From Seison nebaliae (Eukaryota), in assembly GCA_023231475.1 (NCBI GenBank), contig JALJEE010003184.1, positions 1-41,894 of the forward strand: a stretch of DNA of 41,894 bases. The letters are read 5' to 3'. The notes beneath the pieces are model-generated. The model saw nothing but the letters and a program-made list of their open reading frames with translations, had not been told where the DNA came from and ran no database searches. Made by a program: the position numbers and the translations under genes. Shown here piece after piece: positions 20,433-33,702 of the stretch. How positions within the stretch are numbered: position 1 is the stretch's first letter; every line of letters starts with the position of its first letter.

Positions 20433-23400
20433 TCATTCGTCTGAAGTGAAAATGGTAACTAGACTGCTATTCTCTCGTTTTTTCGTTGGTGAACGATATG
20501 TGTTCCGATTGAAAAGATTAACATTGGAGAAATATTGGATCATATTAGGTTGTGTTTGTTTTAACTGATTGCTGGAGAATTGCTCGTTGTCACTAGAACT
20601 GAAGAAATTGAGACGTTCGGCTGAATCAGAAATGTAGAAAGCGAGTCGAATTCGTTTCATTAACATTCGATTAATATTCACACGGTTTGCTTGTGGAGTG
20701 AAATAGCGTTGATTAGCTAAACTTATCGATTGGTTGTTACTGCTGGAATTACCCGAATTTCCCATGTCAAAGAACTGCGATCGTTGTAAGGAAATTTCTT
20801 TGATAATATTTTTAGTTGAAGGTGATTGATATTTCATGGCACTTGAAATGGGAATGCGTTTCTCATTTCTGATGATGTGTTCGACAAATGTATCATCGTC
20901 ATCTGATTTGCATGACGTAATTAGAGGTAGAGATGGTTCCTTTTCAGAAATATGTAAAGATGAATGGATTGATTCGTCACTCAAATCGTCAAATGTCGAA
21001 GAGATTTTTGATCTATCTGTAAAAGTGAAAGAATGTAAAGAATTTTGAAATTCCCGTTGAATGGTTTTAGAACTAATGGAAAATTTTGATGGTCTTCTTT
21101 CCACATCAGCCATAGTGAAATTATCGACGAATAATGCATCGATACAAGTTGGACAAAAATAATTTGTCATAAACGGTAATTCCCATAAAGAGGCAGCTGA
21201 ATAATAAAAATTATTTTTTTTCGGATGTCGATGTAAATTTGTGTAATGTGAAGCACAAAATAAACTCTTCATCGTCGACAATGAGACGAGAGAGATAGAT
21301 GTATGTAAATTTCTATCAGCAAATTCATCATCTTCAGTATTTGTAGTTTTTTCTTTGAGGAATTTAATTGAAGAATTGTCCATCGAATTACATCGAGATT
21401 TTATCGATCGACTTTCTTTCACTTGTTCGTCAGCAAAAGATACAAAATTTTTCAAACGATTTTTTTGCATCAATTTCCGTTTCTCTGTTGCATTATTCGC
21501 ATGAGTGATTGAGAGATCTGTCAATAATTTAGTATTATCCAATTTCGATATAATATTCGATTCTTTTATCCAATCGATATCGTCGATACTGAAAGTATAA
21601 TGTTGAGAACAACCGTCTTTTGGGAACAATTGAACATGAACAAATTGTGGAATGTTCATATCTGTCGATGTCGAACTAGTCGTGTGCTTAGAAGAACGTA
21701 ACGTTTTCCATAAACTCCGTTTAATCCCAACTCCTTCATTTGATCGATTTCCGATATTACTTTCTCGTCGATGACGTCGTAATCTGGAAGTGAATGAACT
21801 TGATGCATTTGATTCTCGATCGACAGACAAATTCTTATTTTCACTTTCATGCATATCGCGAATTAATTTTAACCATTTTGATTTCCCCATTTTACCAGCT
21901 AATTTACTTGCTCGTCTCGACGTGTTGCCAGAAAAGCGTTGGAAACTTGATGATGATAGTGACGGTTTAAGGTGACTACTATTTTTACTTTTGCTGGGAA
22001 TATTTGTTTTACTTTTCTCGATTTCTAAGGAACTGCATTCGCCCGCACTAATTCCTTCATTTTTCTCTTCAGCATTTCGTTGCATTTCTAATACTCGACT
22101 AATTAATGGATTGACCATTTTTGGTTGAGTTTTCAAGCAACATTCAGTAGCTTTCCTAATTTTGATAGATGGCGATACTCGAGTATGACTGGTCGTTATA
22201 ATATTGTTTTGATTGAGTTTCATTTCTGCTGACAACTTGTTTGTTCTTGGCAATGTCGTATCAATTGAAGGGGAAATAAGAGAAGACGAATTCAATTCAT
22301 TAATCACTGTTGTTGTTGTTGTAGTCATTGTGGAGGAGGAGGTTGTTATTTTGCTGTTGACCATCTTCAATTTATTATTCGTTAACGTTGATGTTGATGA
22401 TGATGAGGATGATGATGAGGATGATGATGGTAATGGAGAAACAACATTAACTAAATCTTTTATGCTTTTGATTTTAGATGTCAATTCGAAATTTTTATTC
22501 TCACCACTCTTCACTTCAACTACATTTGTCACACTACCGAATTGATCAGTTGGAGTTATTTGATCGATAGCGAATTCCATGTCGTATCGTGTGAAGAAAT
22601 CATATGTGCCACCGGACAACAATGCAATGTTATCACATGCTATAGCCCTCTTCGGTTTCTGTTTTCCTTTCGCACGTTGTAATACGTTGAAGAAAATGGA
22701 TTTGACATCCATATGACCAGTTGGTGGATTGTTATTCGAATCGGAAGACAGTTCGACTGGTGGTTCGGATAAATCGTTCAAATCTTTCTTCGCTCTATTC
22801 ATACGAACTAACGCGAGGACGGCGGAACTGATATTAGGCGTATGATTTTTTTGTTTTATCGTTTTCGGTAATTGCAAAGACGCTTGAGCCACATCCGCTT
22901 TTATAATATTCTCACTCGACGACGCACAACTGTCAACGAGCGACAATTGAGAACTGTTCAATTTCTTTTTAGAATTGAAGGAAGTATTTGACTTGGAATG
23001 ATTCCAAATTCGGGATAACGATGACTCTCGTCGACCATTCAAATAAGTTTTAGTCATGGTCGATTTGGTCATGAGATATTTCCATAAATTTCGTGTTGCC
23101 TTCGGTTTGGAATTCTCTTTGGACAAATATTGATTTCTTGAAATTTTTATTCTTTGTAATTCGTAAACGTCTGATGCCATTTTCGTATCGTACTGTTCGA
23201 CAAATTCATAAAGAACTTTCCGATCGATATATTTGGGTACCATATAGTAGTTGTAATATGCTTGCAATTTATCATTCGTATCACCTTTCTTATAATCACC
23301 ATTTTCACCTTCACTATCCTCAGATGATGATGTGAGCATATTGTCCAGATAGGACGATAACACTTGTCGTCTCTTGATTAACGATAATGATTTCCTTCGA

Positions 23401-26400
23401 TTATCATTAAATGTTACATGTAAATTTTGCATTTCATTTCCATTTCTTTTCAAAGCACTGCCCGTTTTCTTCTTTTTCCTACGAAAACAACTTCCAATTT
23501 TTTTTAAAAAAAATTTAGCAGGATAATTAGAGAATATGGTGAACCTGTTGTTAATGTACATTGGGAAATTAGTTTGTCCACTGATTTCTTTTTTATTTCC
23601 AATCGTATCTAGAATTTGTAGGAGACGAATTAATGTATTAGGACGACGTTTTGTTGAATTGAGTGCAGTGTTATCCCAAAACTCTAAATATTCTTTCGTT
23701 TTCACTACTTTGATTTTTAACTAAAATAAATTTTAAAAGACATTAATTGAATAAAAGTGAGTAGAATTTGGAGAACTTCTTCTAAAATATCTTTCAGTGC
23801 ACTATTCTGTTTCTCATTCAATCGCAATTTTTCTATTGGACGCTCAGTAATTAGTCGACGAACAGCCGGTCCTTCAGCCATAAAATGACTCGTTTGTAAA
23901 TCTTTCGACAACGTCACCACATTAGATAAACGACGACGATCCTTTGATAAATAAACGCCGTACATCTTAAATCGTTCGAAAAAAAATCAATGGTATGAAG
24001 AGAAAAATGGTAAAACTTTTGGGATAAAAAGTATGCCCATTATTGCCATAGTAACGAGTATTACTGGAATGAATACCATAGCGAAGTAAAGTGTAACATT
24101 TCCATGATGAGGAATATAAGAAGCGACCACAACGAATGCACTCGCCACCACCACCAGATAAACGGTTAATGCGATGTGTTTCGAATCGTTCAAAACCTTC
24201 CCAAATCATTGCAGAATATATTTATGGATAAAACAAAATTTGACTAAACCTGAACATTTACATGTCTCGTTTCCCAAGCCATATATAGACCGAAAAGTAA
24301 TACTAATCCCTTATGTGTATAAATGACAGCGGACCATCGTAAAATATGTGCCGAATTACATTTCCATATCCATTGCCGCACCACCTTATCCAAATCATTA
24401 TGGAAAGTCTTAACAAGAAATTAATATATTTTTATCATTAAAAAATTGAACTCGAATTGTTAAAAATTTTCTTATTCTATTCAAAGGATGTAGAGCATGC
24501 CAAACGGCAATAAAGACGATGTCAAATAATAATTGTAACGTTACGAACAATATCAAATAATGATCTTTCAATAACTGTCAATAATAATTTGAAAAATTTA
24601 TAAACTATATAAATATTTGGATAATAACTTTACTCTTTGCCATATCTCCAGCAGTCGTTCGGGTCATAATAAAATGAATTCGAAATGTCTTAACAAAAAT
24701 ACTTCCAAACGCCATTGTGAATCCAGTGGCATATAACATATTTTTCACCTAATCGAAAAATTTTATCTTTTCCCTCACTTTGACAACAATGTCTACTAAC
24801 GACACATAAAATCGAAAGAATTTTATTGGTAGCTCCCCAACCTTCATCAACTGCCGATATTCCACAAGCAATGAACACGTTCATACAACCAAGCGCAGTG
24901 AACGCATTTAATTTTGGACTGGAAACTTTTACAATTCTACAACAAGTTCACGAAAAAAGTTTAAGGAGAATTATCGAGTAATTGGACTAACCCATTATTT
25001 CGATATCGGATATTGAAATAGGAACAAAATATTGCCATAATGGTCCCAATGACGCACAAGACACAAACGAATTTTGTAACCGATTGCTCAATTGTTATAT
25101 CGACATCGATGATTAAATTGGAGTCAGCGGGTGGTTTATTCGCTGGCCACCAAATTTTTTCACAGAAATTACCATTGAAATTTAAAGTTCCGATGAATGA
25201 GTCGGATGTATTGTTGTTCTTATAATTAACTAATTTCATAAATTGACTTTCATTAAATTCTCGTTGACGTCGTTTTCGATGATTGACTCCTCCAATATTT
25301 AAACGAAATAAAGCCACTCTAGCTTTCCGCAACTTGATGATTGTGTTATCGAAAACTTTTCTTTGACTATTCTTATTTTTATTATATTCTTCTTCTGCTT
25401 TTCTAATTAATTTAAATTTGTTCATATGCTTCGGGAGGAATTGAAGGACTTCACTCTCACCAATTCGATCACCATTATAACCATCCACAAATTTTAAGGG
25501 TCCCTAATGGAAAGAAATTAATTGGATTAATGATATGATAACGATTATGGTTTTATTTAAATAAACCGTCAACCCGGTATAATCCAGTGTGGAAATGATG
25601 AGATCCATTCGCTTTTTTAAAATATTCATCGGTGGGATACGTTTCTGCGGGAACATTTCCCTCTCCTCATACGCACTCAATAATTGATCGTCTTCACTAA
25701 ATATCACTTTGATTAGTGTTAGTGCCAACAACCAGACACTGTCATAAGCGACGATTGCTTTATAGTCAACGAATGAACGTAAAGTGATATTGTGATAAGG
25801 AGAAGAATCAGGAATAATCGAATGGATTTCTTCAAGTAATGAATCGGATGACTATTAAATGAATGATTTGAATGAAAGAGAATAAACGAAAGAAAGAAAA
25901 GATGAACTATACGACTATATTCATGAGTGTAGAAGAGGGTTGATGTCTGAATACAAAAATGGCCGACTAAGGCCCTGGAGATTTGTTGTTGAGTACATCG
26001 ACCGGTTAATATCCAATTATAATGATGAAATAATTCATCACATGTTGAGATAGTTGGTTTCTGTTTAATGTTGGGCCAAGTGGCCATTATGATCCAAACG
26101 TAACGTCGCGTTGTCAAATTATTCTCGATGGCTGTACACAACATTTGTAGGAGGAATGGTATTGATGAGAATAAGACGAAAACACGTTGCCCATTTTCTT
26201 TTAATCCCTTCAATTCCGACCATGTATTATGTTCGTTGAGACTCAACGATTCATTGATGGAGAAATTGGATCGTAACAAAATGTTATAATAACGATTCCG
26301 TAAATTATTGTAAATCTCATCATCTTCTGATAATAATGCCACATTCTTCCAATGATGATGTTGGAGGAATGTTTTCAATGTATAACGGAAAGATGTAGTT

Positions 26401-26924
26401 GTTGGTATAAGACGATAAAGATTATCATATTCAATTCGATTATTCAGATCCGTCGCTAAAGATGCATGTGTTATCATTGTAAAATTCCACTGGGATGAAA
26501 TGAGAGCCAATTGTCTAGTGACATTGGAACATGATGAACCAAATAAACTGAATACATGTGAATCCTCTCGAACTCTTGATTCATGAATTGCATCCAAAAG
26601 TTTATAAGTTGCAACACCTTGATCACACTAAATATTCAATGAAGGATTAAAAGAGTTTAAGAAGAAATCTTTAACTTCCGTATCATATGGAACAATTTCG
26701 ATTTTATAATTCGTATAGAAATTCTCACGAATATATTGATTCACATGATTCTGTGCGATGAGTGCCGCCGTTATATCGATATGTTGTGAAGATTCGTCGT
26801 TAAATGTTTCGAAAAAACTAAGAATTCTCAGCTTCTTCCATTGTGAGGATGACATGGCGGGGTGTGGAGGGAAGAGTAGTAACAGGAGAAGACAGAAGAA
26901 AATTGGTAGTCGCTGCACTGGCAT
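20433..26924 (-). CDS. GABA-B-R3: GABA-B-type class C GPCR (R3-like), 11 exons, with very long Ser-rich C-terminal tail
   Basis: Signal peptide from ATG 26924; Venus flytrap (DTE|CDQG, GSSCSNVT, AYDSVWLLAL, GLT|GPLKF); 7TM (VSSPKLN, GFTMAFGSIFVKTFRI, KGLVLLFGLYMAWETRHV, LNDSK, LFIPK). Ten GT-AG introns with donors near 26675, 25907, 25566, 24991, 24801, 24629, 24451, 24249, 24017 and 23776; the last joins in phase 0 to the 1090-aa ORF. The subtype call is less certain than the family call. Confidence 0.85.
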
Positions 26925-29900
26925 CCTACGATGCCGCAACAATAAGATCAAATGGTTGCAAATTCTGTTGTATAATGCGTTTTGAAATGTTGGGAAAGAA
27001 ACGTAATATTCACCTCGATGGTAACTCTAATAATGATTATTATCAGAATAATAATTGTAATGATGACGATCACTTTCATAAATTGTAATCGCATGGCCCG
27101 ATGATGCAGTATGGCTGTTCGATATGCGCCTACTAAAAAATATGTTCACTCGATTATCGTCATCGACTCTTGGAAATAGATTCAAGGATGGACTATTCTC
27201 TTTCTTCAAATTAATTATTATTTGCTTTCATATCTCCAGAATTTTACGATGATTCTAAATAAAATAAATAATGACAGACGGAGTTAGAAGGAATGGAATT
27301 GTTCATTTTTATATAACGTTCCAATAACGAATCTGAGAGAAGAGAATAGAAGCTGGAACTAAAGCTGGAGTAGAGGATGTTGGCAGATGACAACTTGTAA
27401 GTAGCTCATCTTACGTATCTTTCACGTATGAGATGCAACTGTAAGACAAATTCGATTGTTAGATAGAAGTTATTTTGATTTGTTGTATATGAGAGAAAAT
27501 AATAACAAATATTTTAATGTCACGTTATGTGAGAAATGTTTTGGAAGGAAAGTTCCATAAAACAGGATTAATTAAATTTGGTTATGTATAAAATCATTCC
27601 GTTTATTAGAGGAACGATGAGGGGAAATATAGATATTTCTGTTAGGTAGTTGTGTTCGGATCGGGAAAACCTTCGACACAATATCTTGCGCTCAATTGTT
27701 GTAAGTGGATAGATAGTAAATTATATAGGAGATAATAAACGAATCTTGCCTTTCATATTCTTCTTGTTCTTCGTCTAATGTTAATTCCTAATTCATGATG
27801 ATTAATAGCGACATCATAATCATCACTATCGTTATCGTATTTCCGCAAGCAATATCACAGATAATGCTTTCGCAAAAACGAACATACATTAAAGATGGTG
27901 AACAAAGAACTGAAACGGAACTTCGAATTACGACATATGACAATGGTAATTAGACAGAAGAATCCTACACGACAAATTTCCACTTTCTCCAATTCTCCTC
28001 ACATATCTGTGCTGATCTTCAAGATCATCATAATCTTTCAGATGGAAAAATAGGATTATCGAAATACTTCTTCTCATCATTATTTTCTCAACATTTATTG
28101 ACTTTTCATAATGTGACGATAATAATAGCTACATATCATAATTAAAAGATATAATAATTAAATTATTAGAGGACATTTGGTATCCATATAAGAACATTTT
28201 ATAGATGACGATTCTCAATCCATCATTAGGACAGGTCTCAACTATCGCTTAACTTTTAGGATATTGCTGAGTTTGTTCTTCTCCAGTTTCGTGCGTGTCC
28301 TTCTCTTTATTTGTATAGAATATATTTTAATGAAAATTAACTTTCACAATATACGTTATGCATTTATTCAAGAAAAATATGACACATTTCTTATGTAAAC
28401 ATTTAACATTAATATCTTCTGTTTCTTATCCATAAATCTTTCAGGATAACCATTATTTGAAATATTTTATCAAACGATATTTAAAAATCACTACAGACGA
28501 ATGGTAAAATGGAAAAATGTGTTCAAGGCCATTGATTATTCTCGCCATTAAATTGTTCATTCGAGGAATATCATCAATGGTTCATAATCATTTTGAATTA
28601 TTTAGTTAAATATATTCGATTGAGAGATAAATCATCATTCTAGATGATGATATATTCAGAAGACCGTTGTGTTTCAAAATAGCTATTCTACATAAAGGTA
28701 CCTACTGGTATAGCTTTTAATTATAACTATTGAAAAAGAACAATTGCCCTTATTATGAGTTTGGAATTGTCCACTACAAAATATTTATGTTTATTAACAA
28801 TCTGTCCGGTTACCATGTGAATAACTTATATTGTATTGGAAGAGTTGATCCATAGAAGAAGCAATAGCTTTCATGATAGATCTTGATCAGAATAAATACA
28901 TAAACAAGTAAATAATGATATCTAACTCTTTTGGTGACGATGAGTTTGTTAAGGAAAGTTTTGTGCAAACATGCTTCTTTCTTCAAGTTGTTTTTTCTTC
29001 GCTCGAACCGTTCTATCTTCTCTTCTATCGCTGCAGGCTAATTATGAACAATTTATAATGAAAAATTTCGAAGGAATATTTAGTCGAATTGATTTCCTAA
29101 GAACATTATTTTCTTTCGCCTATCCAACTCTTTCTCACTCATTTTACATTGTTAGTTAGTCATTTTCAATTTGACCGTTATATCTACGTCTTACCAATGA
29201 CAAAGAGTGAAAGGGAAAACATCATGATGGAAATTAAATGGAAAGATTCTTCTACTTTAATAATGCATGTACATGAGTCGATACATGATCTTCTGAAGAA
29301 TTTGTATATCGTATTTATTATTGACGAATTACTGTCTCCAGCAGAAGACAAGTTTGTCTACGAGATACGGTTTGTCATTCTTTTCCTTTTCGTTCTAGAA
29401 CAGAAAAAAACCGTTTTCATGAAATGAACCAAAAAGAAGGAAAAACTCAATTTAAAACAACATGTGAGCAGAGAAAACATATTAGGCTATGCGCAGTTGG
29501 GAAATAAACATTCTATTATGCAGCTATGCAAATAATAAACAGAAGTTTAATGAGTTCCAAAATAATTCTATATTTAGAACAATATTCAAGATTCATTTGG
29601 AAAACATTTAGACATAATCGACTGGAAGAAGAAATTTTATTGTTTCATGGTTAAATTCATTAATTTCCTCTCTTCCTTCCTCCCCTCCCAAAAATATACA
29701 GTAATTTAGTTGATCATGAAACGATTGTGCTCACCAACGAGATAAATTGACTCTTTGAATTTCAATATCGACTTTCAATTATTTTTTTAAATGAGAATAA
29801 ACTGTATGAGAAGTTCAGTGACATCTTTTTCTTTGCAATCGTTTTTAATCGTCGTATTTTCGAAATGGAGAATATTATTTGTTAATTTGTTAAAGAGTCA

Positions 29901-30218
29901 TAATAATTAATATCTCCCATCTGGTATAGATGACAATTACGTTAAGTTGAATAATTATGCATCTGCAGATTCATGCTGAAACTATATTTCATCTATCTGA
30001 TCGTGCTCTAGTCGAATGATTACATTCCTTATTCACAATCACTTCCTTTTTAAATCAATGATGCATAAATAATTATTTTATCTCCCATTATTTGTTTGTG
30101 TGAAAATTCTTTATAATCTCATCAATTCCAATGAATTAACTCATATCAAATTATTATAATAATATTTAATTAATAACTTATTCAATTCTCATTAGTTCTC
30201 ATATATTCTGCCATCAGT

Positions 30219-30840
30219 TTATTTAACGTAAAAAAGGAGAAAAATGAATGATACGCGAACTAAAGACATCTTCAATGAAAATAAACATACCATCCCACAA
30301 CACTACCAATACTCAAGTTGATCATCGACGCAGTCCATTTGTTTACGCCCTGTTCAATTGGAATTAATAGTTTGAAATTAATTCAAATAATTTTAAACTA
30401 ACCGAAGTCGTCGTGCTCAATAACTTTTTACTTGTGGTTGTAATCTTTTTAGTCGTAGTACCTATTTTGGTTGTTGTTGGGGATTTCTTTGTTGTCGTGC
30501 CAATTTTGGTTGTCGTTGGAACTTTCTTTGTTGTAGTCACAATCTTCTTTGTTGTAGTACCTATCTTGGTTGTTGTAATTGGCTTCGTTGTAGTAACGAT
30601 TTTCTTGGTAGTTGTTGGCGCTTTCTTCGTGGTGGTAATAGCTTTAGTAGTGGTAGCAGCGGCTTTGGTAGTTGTAGCAGCGGCTTTGGTAGTTGTAGCT
30701 GCCGCTTTGGTAGTTGTACCAGCGGCCTTGGTAGTTGTATCAGCATTGAGATCTCGCACTGCAATACTGTCCCGAATTCGAGCAGATTCTGCAATCAACA
30801 CCAAAGTGGCAATTAGTGAAAGGTGAATATATAATTTCAT
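30219..30840 (-). CDS. Secreted/surface Thr-Lys-rich mucin-like protein with hydrophobic C-terminus (possible GPI anchor or TM)
   Basis: Signal peptide MKLYIHLSLIATLVLIAES; TTTK repeats; phase-0 intron 30350-30402; exon 2 GVNKWTASMINLSIGSVVGWYVLFSL... Confidence 0.75.
30410..30740 (-). repeat. Coding tandem repeat (18/21-nt units; TTTKAAA grading to TTTKKxx/TTTKIG)
   Basis: Directly visible in the translation and as recurring (G)TAGTTGT units. Confidence 0.85.
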
Positions 30841-31107
30841 CGTGGAAAAGATTATCTAAAATAAAATTTAAAGAATTTCTATGAAATTTCTTGCATATTA
30901 TACTGATATAACTTTTGTTTACTTAAATGGTTGATGCTGAACTTCATAACATGACTTCTCATTATATCGACCTTCAGATCATTTAACTATGACAATGTCT
31001 TACAAAAAATAATTTCAAAATATTTATCTAACGAAGTAGAGAAAGGAAAGGAAAATGTTTGTTGAAGAATGAGATGAGTCATGCTCCGATTATCATGAAC
31101 AGCTTGG

Positions 31108-33596
31108 TCAACATTCATGTATACGCTTCGCGTATTCTTCAATCTTCTCGTCTTTATCTGAACGGACTCGTTCGCCACATTCATCATAATATACATAATA
31201 AGATATGCATTCGGATGTTGATGAGTCGTCAGAATCTCTGGAAATTTCAATGAAAGAATATAATTAAATGAAATTTGTCAAATGAATAAATTTTAACTTC
31301 AATTCATCTTCTCGTCTTGTCAAACTAAAAATTGTACAATATGATACTGTAGGTGGCTTTCCTAGTGACGCCTCTCTACGGAACAGATACTTATTTTTCT
31401 CCCTGACAATTGACTTTAAACAAAACTTATAATTCTTATAATTTTTTCCTTTGGAATTCTTGTTCTTTCTTTTCTTGTCTTTCTTCTTCCTTTTCTCGTT
31501 CTTCTTCACACTTTCGATTCGTGGAGCAGAATTTCTTGCCGCTTCTTCTGCAAACACTTCGTCAAATCTTGATTCTGGAAGATTTTGAAAGATAAACAAA
31601 AAATTTCCAGTGTAACTTCTGATATGACATTCTCGTTGTTCATCATAATCGTCCTCTGAATTTTAAATTCAGAAAATTCGGAAGAAATAGTTAATGAAAA
31701 CTTGTGTTCTGTCGAAATTTTTTACTTTTCCTAAATTTCTTCATTTCTTTTTCTCGTTTTTTTCTCCTTTTCTTTTCGGCCTTTTCCTCCCGTTTCATTT
31801 GTTTCTTACGCTCCTTCATATAACGTTTATGTGCTTTTTGATGTTCCTTTTCTTCACGTTTTCTTTGTTTCTCTCGTTCCTTCATTGTCCTTTTCTGATT
31901 TGATTTTCTTCTTTTACCGTGTGCTTTCTGATATTTACCTTTTCTTCTTTTATCTTTTTTATTCTTTACCGTTTTCCTTTTTGTGCATTTATTCTTCTTT
32001 CTTTTACCTTTCTTCCTACGTTCTTTATCTCTCTGCTTATCTCGCCGACGTTGTTTTTTACTTCTTTTTTTTCTAGTTCTATTTCTCTTCTTTCCACGTC
32101 GTTTTCTTTCTTTTTCTTTTCTACGACGTTTCTTCTTTTTTTCTTTTTCTCGTTTTCTTCTTCTTTTCTTTCTGGCTTTATCGTCTTTTTTTTGCTGTTT
32201 AAGTCTCTTCCTACAATCTCTTCGACATCTTTTCTTACTTCTACTGTCAATCAGAGCACAAGAAACACCACCACAACAAATCCCACAACTCCCACCTCCA
32301 TGACTTCCTCTACTATTAGATCTACCTGATTTACCACTACCACTCGATTTGCGACTTTTACTTCCAGAACTGCCTCCGCAACTTCCTCCTCCTCCACAAC
32401 AACATCCATTTGAACCTCCACTACTACTACTACTACTGCTACTACCACTACTTTCAGATGAACAATATGCTCCACAACAACCACCTTTCTGACTGCCTCC
32501 TTCATTCAAATCTAAATATTCATGATCTTTATCTTTCGACTCATAATCGCCTTCGACTGATTCTCCATAAGTTTTATCATTCAATCGATCACTAAACACT
32601 TTCGCCGTAATTTGTACGTCTTCATTCATTTGTGCTTGTCTCTCTAGTTGACCGGGGAAAATGTTATAACTACTATCAGCTCCATCAGGTCTTTGTCCAG
32701 CACCTGCACCTTCATAAATACAATCGTTCTGACAACCTCCTCCCTTAGATTTATCGACTTTACAATACTAAAATTTAAAATTTTCTTTTCTAATCAAATA
32801 AATTGAAATAAACTAGACAATTTTCAACGTTATCATTTTCTGCTAATTTCACATTCTCTTCTTCAGCAATAGCTTGTGCAATACATTGTTTATGACAGTA
32901 TTCACAATTGTCCACATCCATTGGAGTATCTCCATTTCCATCACATCTTCTGTTCGTTTTACAACCTGGACTATCACAATAATCTTTTGTTTTCCACTCC
33001 GCCTGTACTTTCCACCAACAATATTACCACCAACCGTTAGAAAAAAGTTTTAACCTGATAATTAGATTTTTCTGTATCTCGATCATCCTTCCTTCCACGA
33101 TTATCTTTCCGATTACTCTTTTTATCATCTTTCGATTTTTTATCATCATTCTCATCTTTCTTATTTTCATTCTTTTTATTCTTATCTTTCTTCTTTTTAT
33201 CTTTCTTATTCTTATTTTTTTTATCAGAATTTTTTTTCGATTTTTCTCCACATTTCTAAAAAGAATAAACATCTTCATAAAACGAATAAAATCAGTTAAC
33301 TGAAAGATCTGTTACTTCAGTCGGCCGTTTTTCATATCTATTTCTGACCATCTATGAAAAATACGTATAAAATGTTCGGGAATCGAAGGAGAACTCTTTT
33401 CATTCTTCTATTCTGCACTAATTCGTCACAGGTTCTCGCCCGTTTTCGACAACGACATTCTTCCTCACAGTCTCTATGATAATTGTTTTGCGATTTATTT
33501 TTATTCTGAATTTTCATGTGAAAAAAATAAATGTTTAAACTTTTATTCATTAAATTTAACTTTACGATTAAATAATTTTTTCGACCACCTCAACAT
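31108..33596 (-). CDS. Orphan multi-exon Lys/Arg-rich protein with Cys/Gly clusters and C-terminal ISYYVYYD motif
   Basis: ATG 33596 (MLRWSKKLFNRK|NKNK...). Short GTT-AG introns join K/D-rich, Cys-rich (YCDSPGC...CEYCHKQC), GGCCG/poly-Ser and a very basic segment (ORF 31691-32629), ending ...ECISYYVYYDECGERV...IHEC*. Confidence 0.65.
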
Positions 33597-33702
33597 AATT
33601 AACGAAAAACCAAAAGAAAATGAAAAAAAGGAAAGGAGAGAAAAGACAATTTGTTTCCCAAGAATGGAACAATTTATTTTAAAAATAATTAAAAAATCAT
33701 TT

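Noticed and set aside
20433..23705. 1090-aa ORF as an independent gene
   Set aside because: Starts at GTG just downstream of an in-frame acceptor; better explained as the last GPCR exon.
26925..30218. Short ORFs (27027-27209, 28971-29427) and small hairpins in the 3.3-kb gap
   Set aside because: No recognisable motifs or consistent splice model; likely regulatory or old decayed sequence.
30413..32595. Hydrophobic or overlapping ORFs (30413-30826, 31694-32595, 31966-32505)
   Set aside because: Antisense or off-frame shadows of low-complexity Thr/Lys and Lys/Arg coding sequence.
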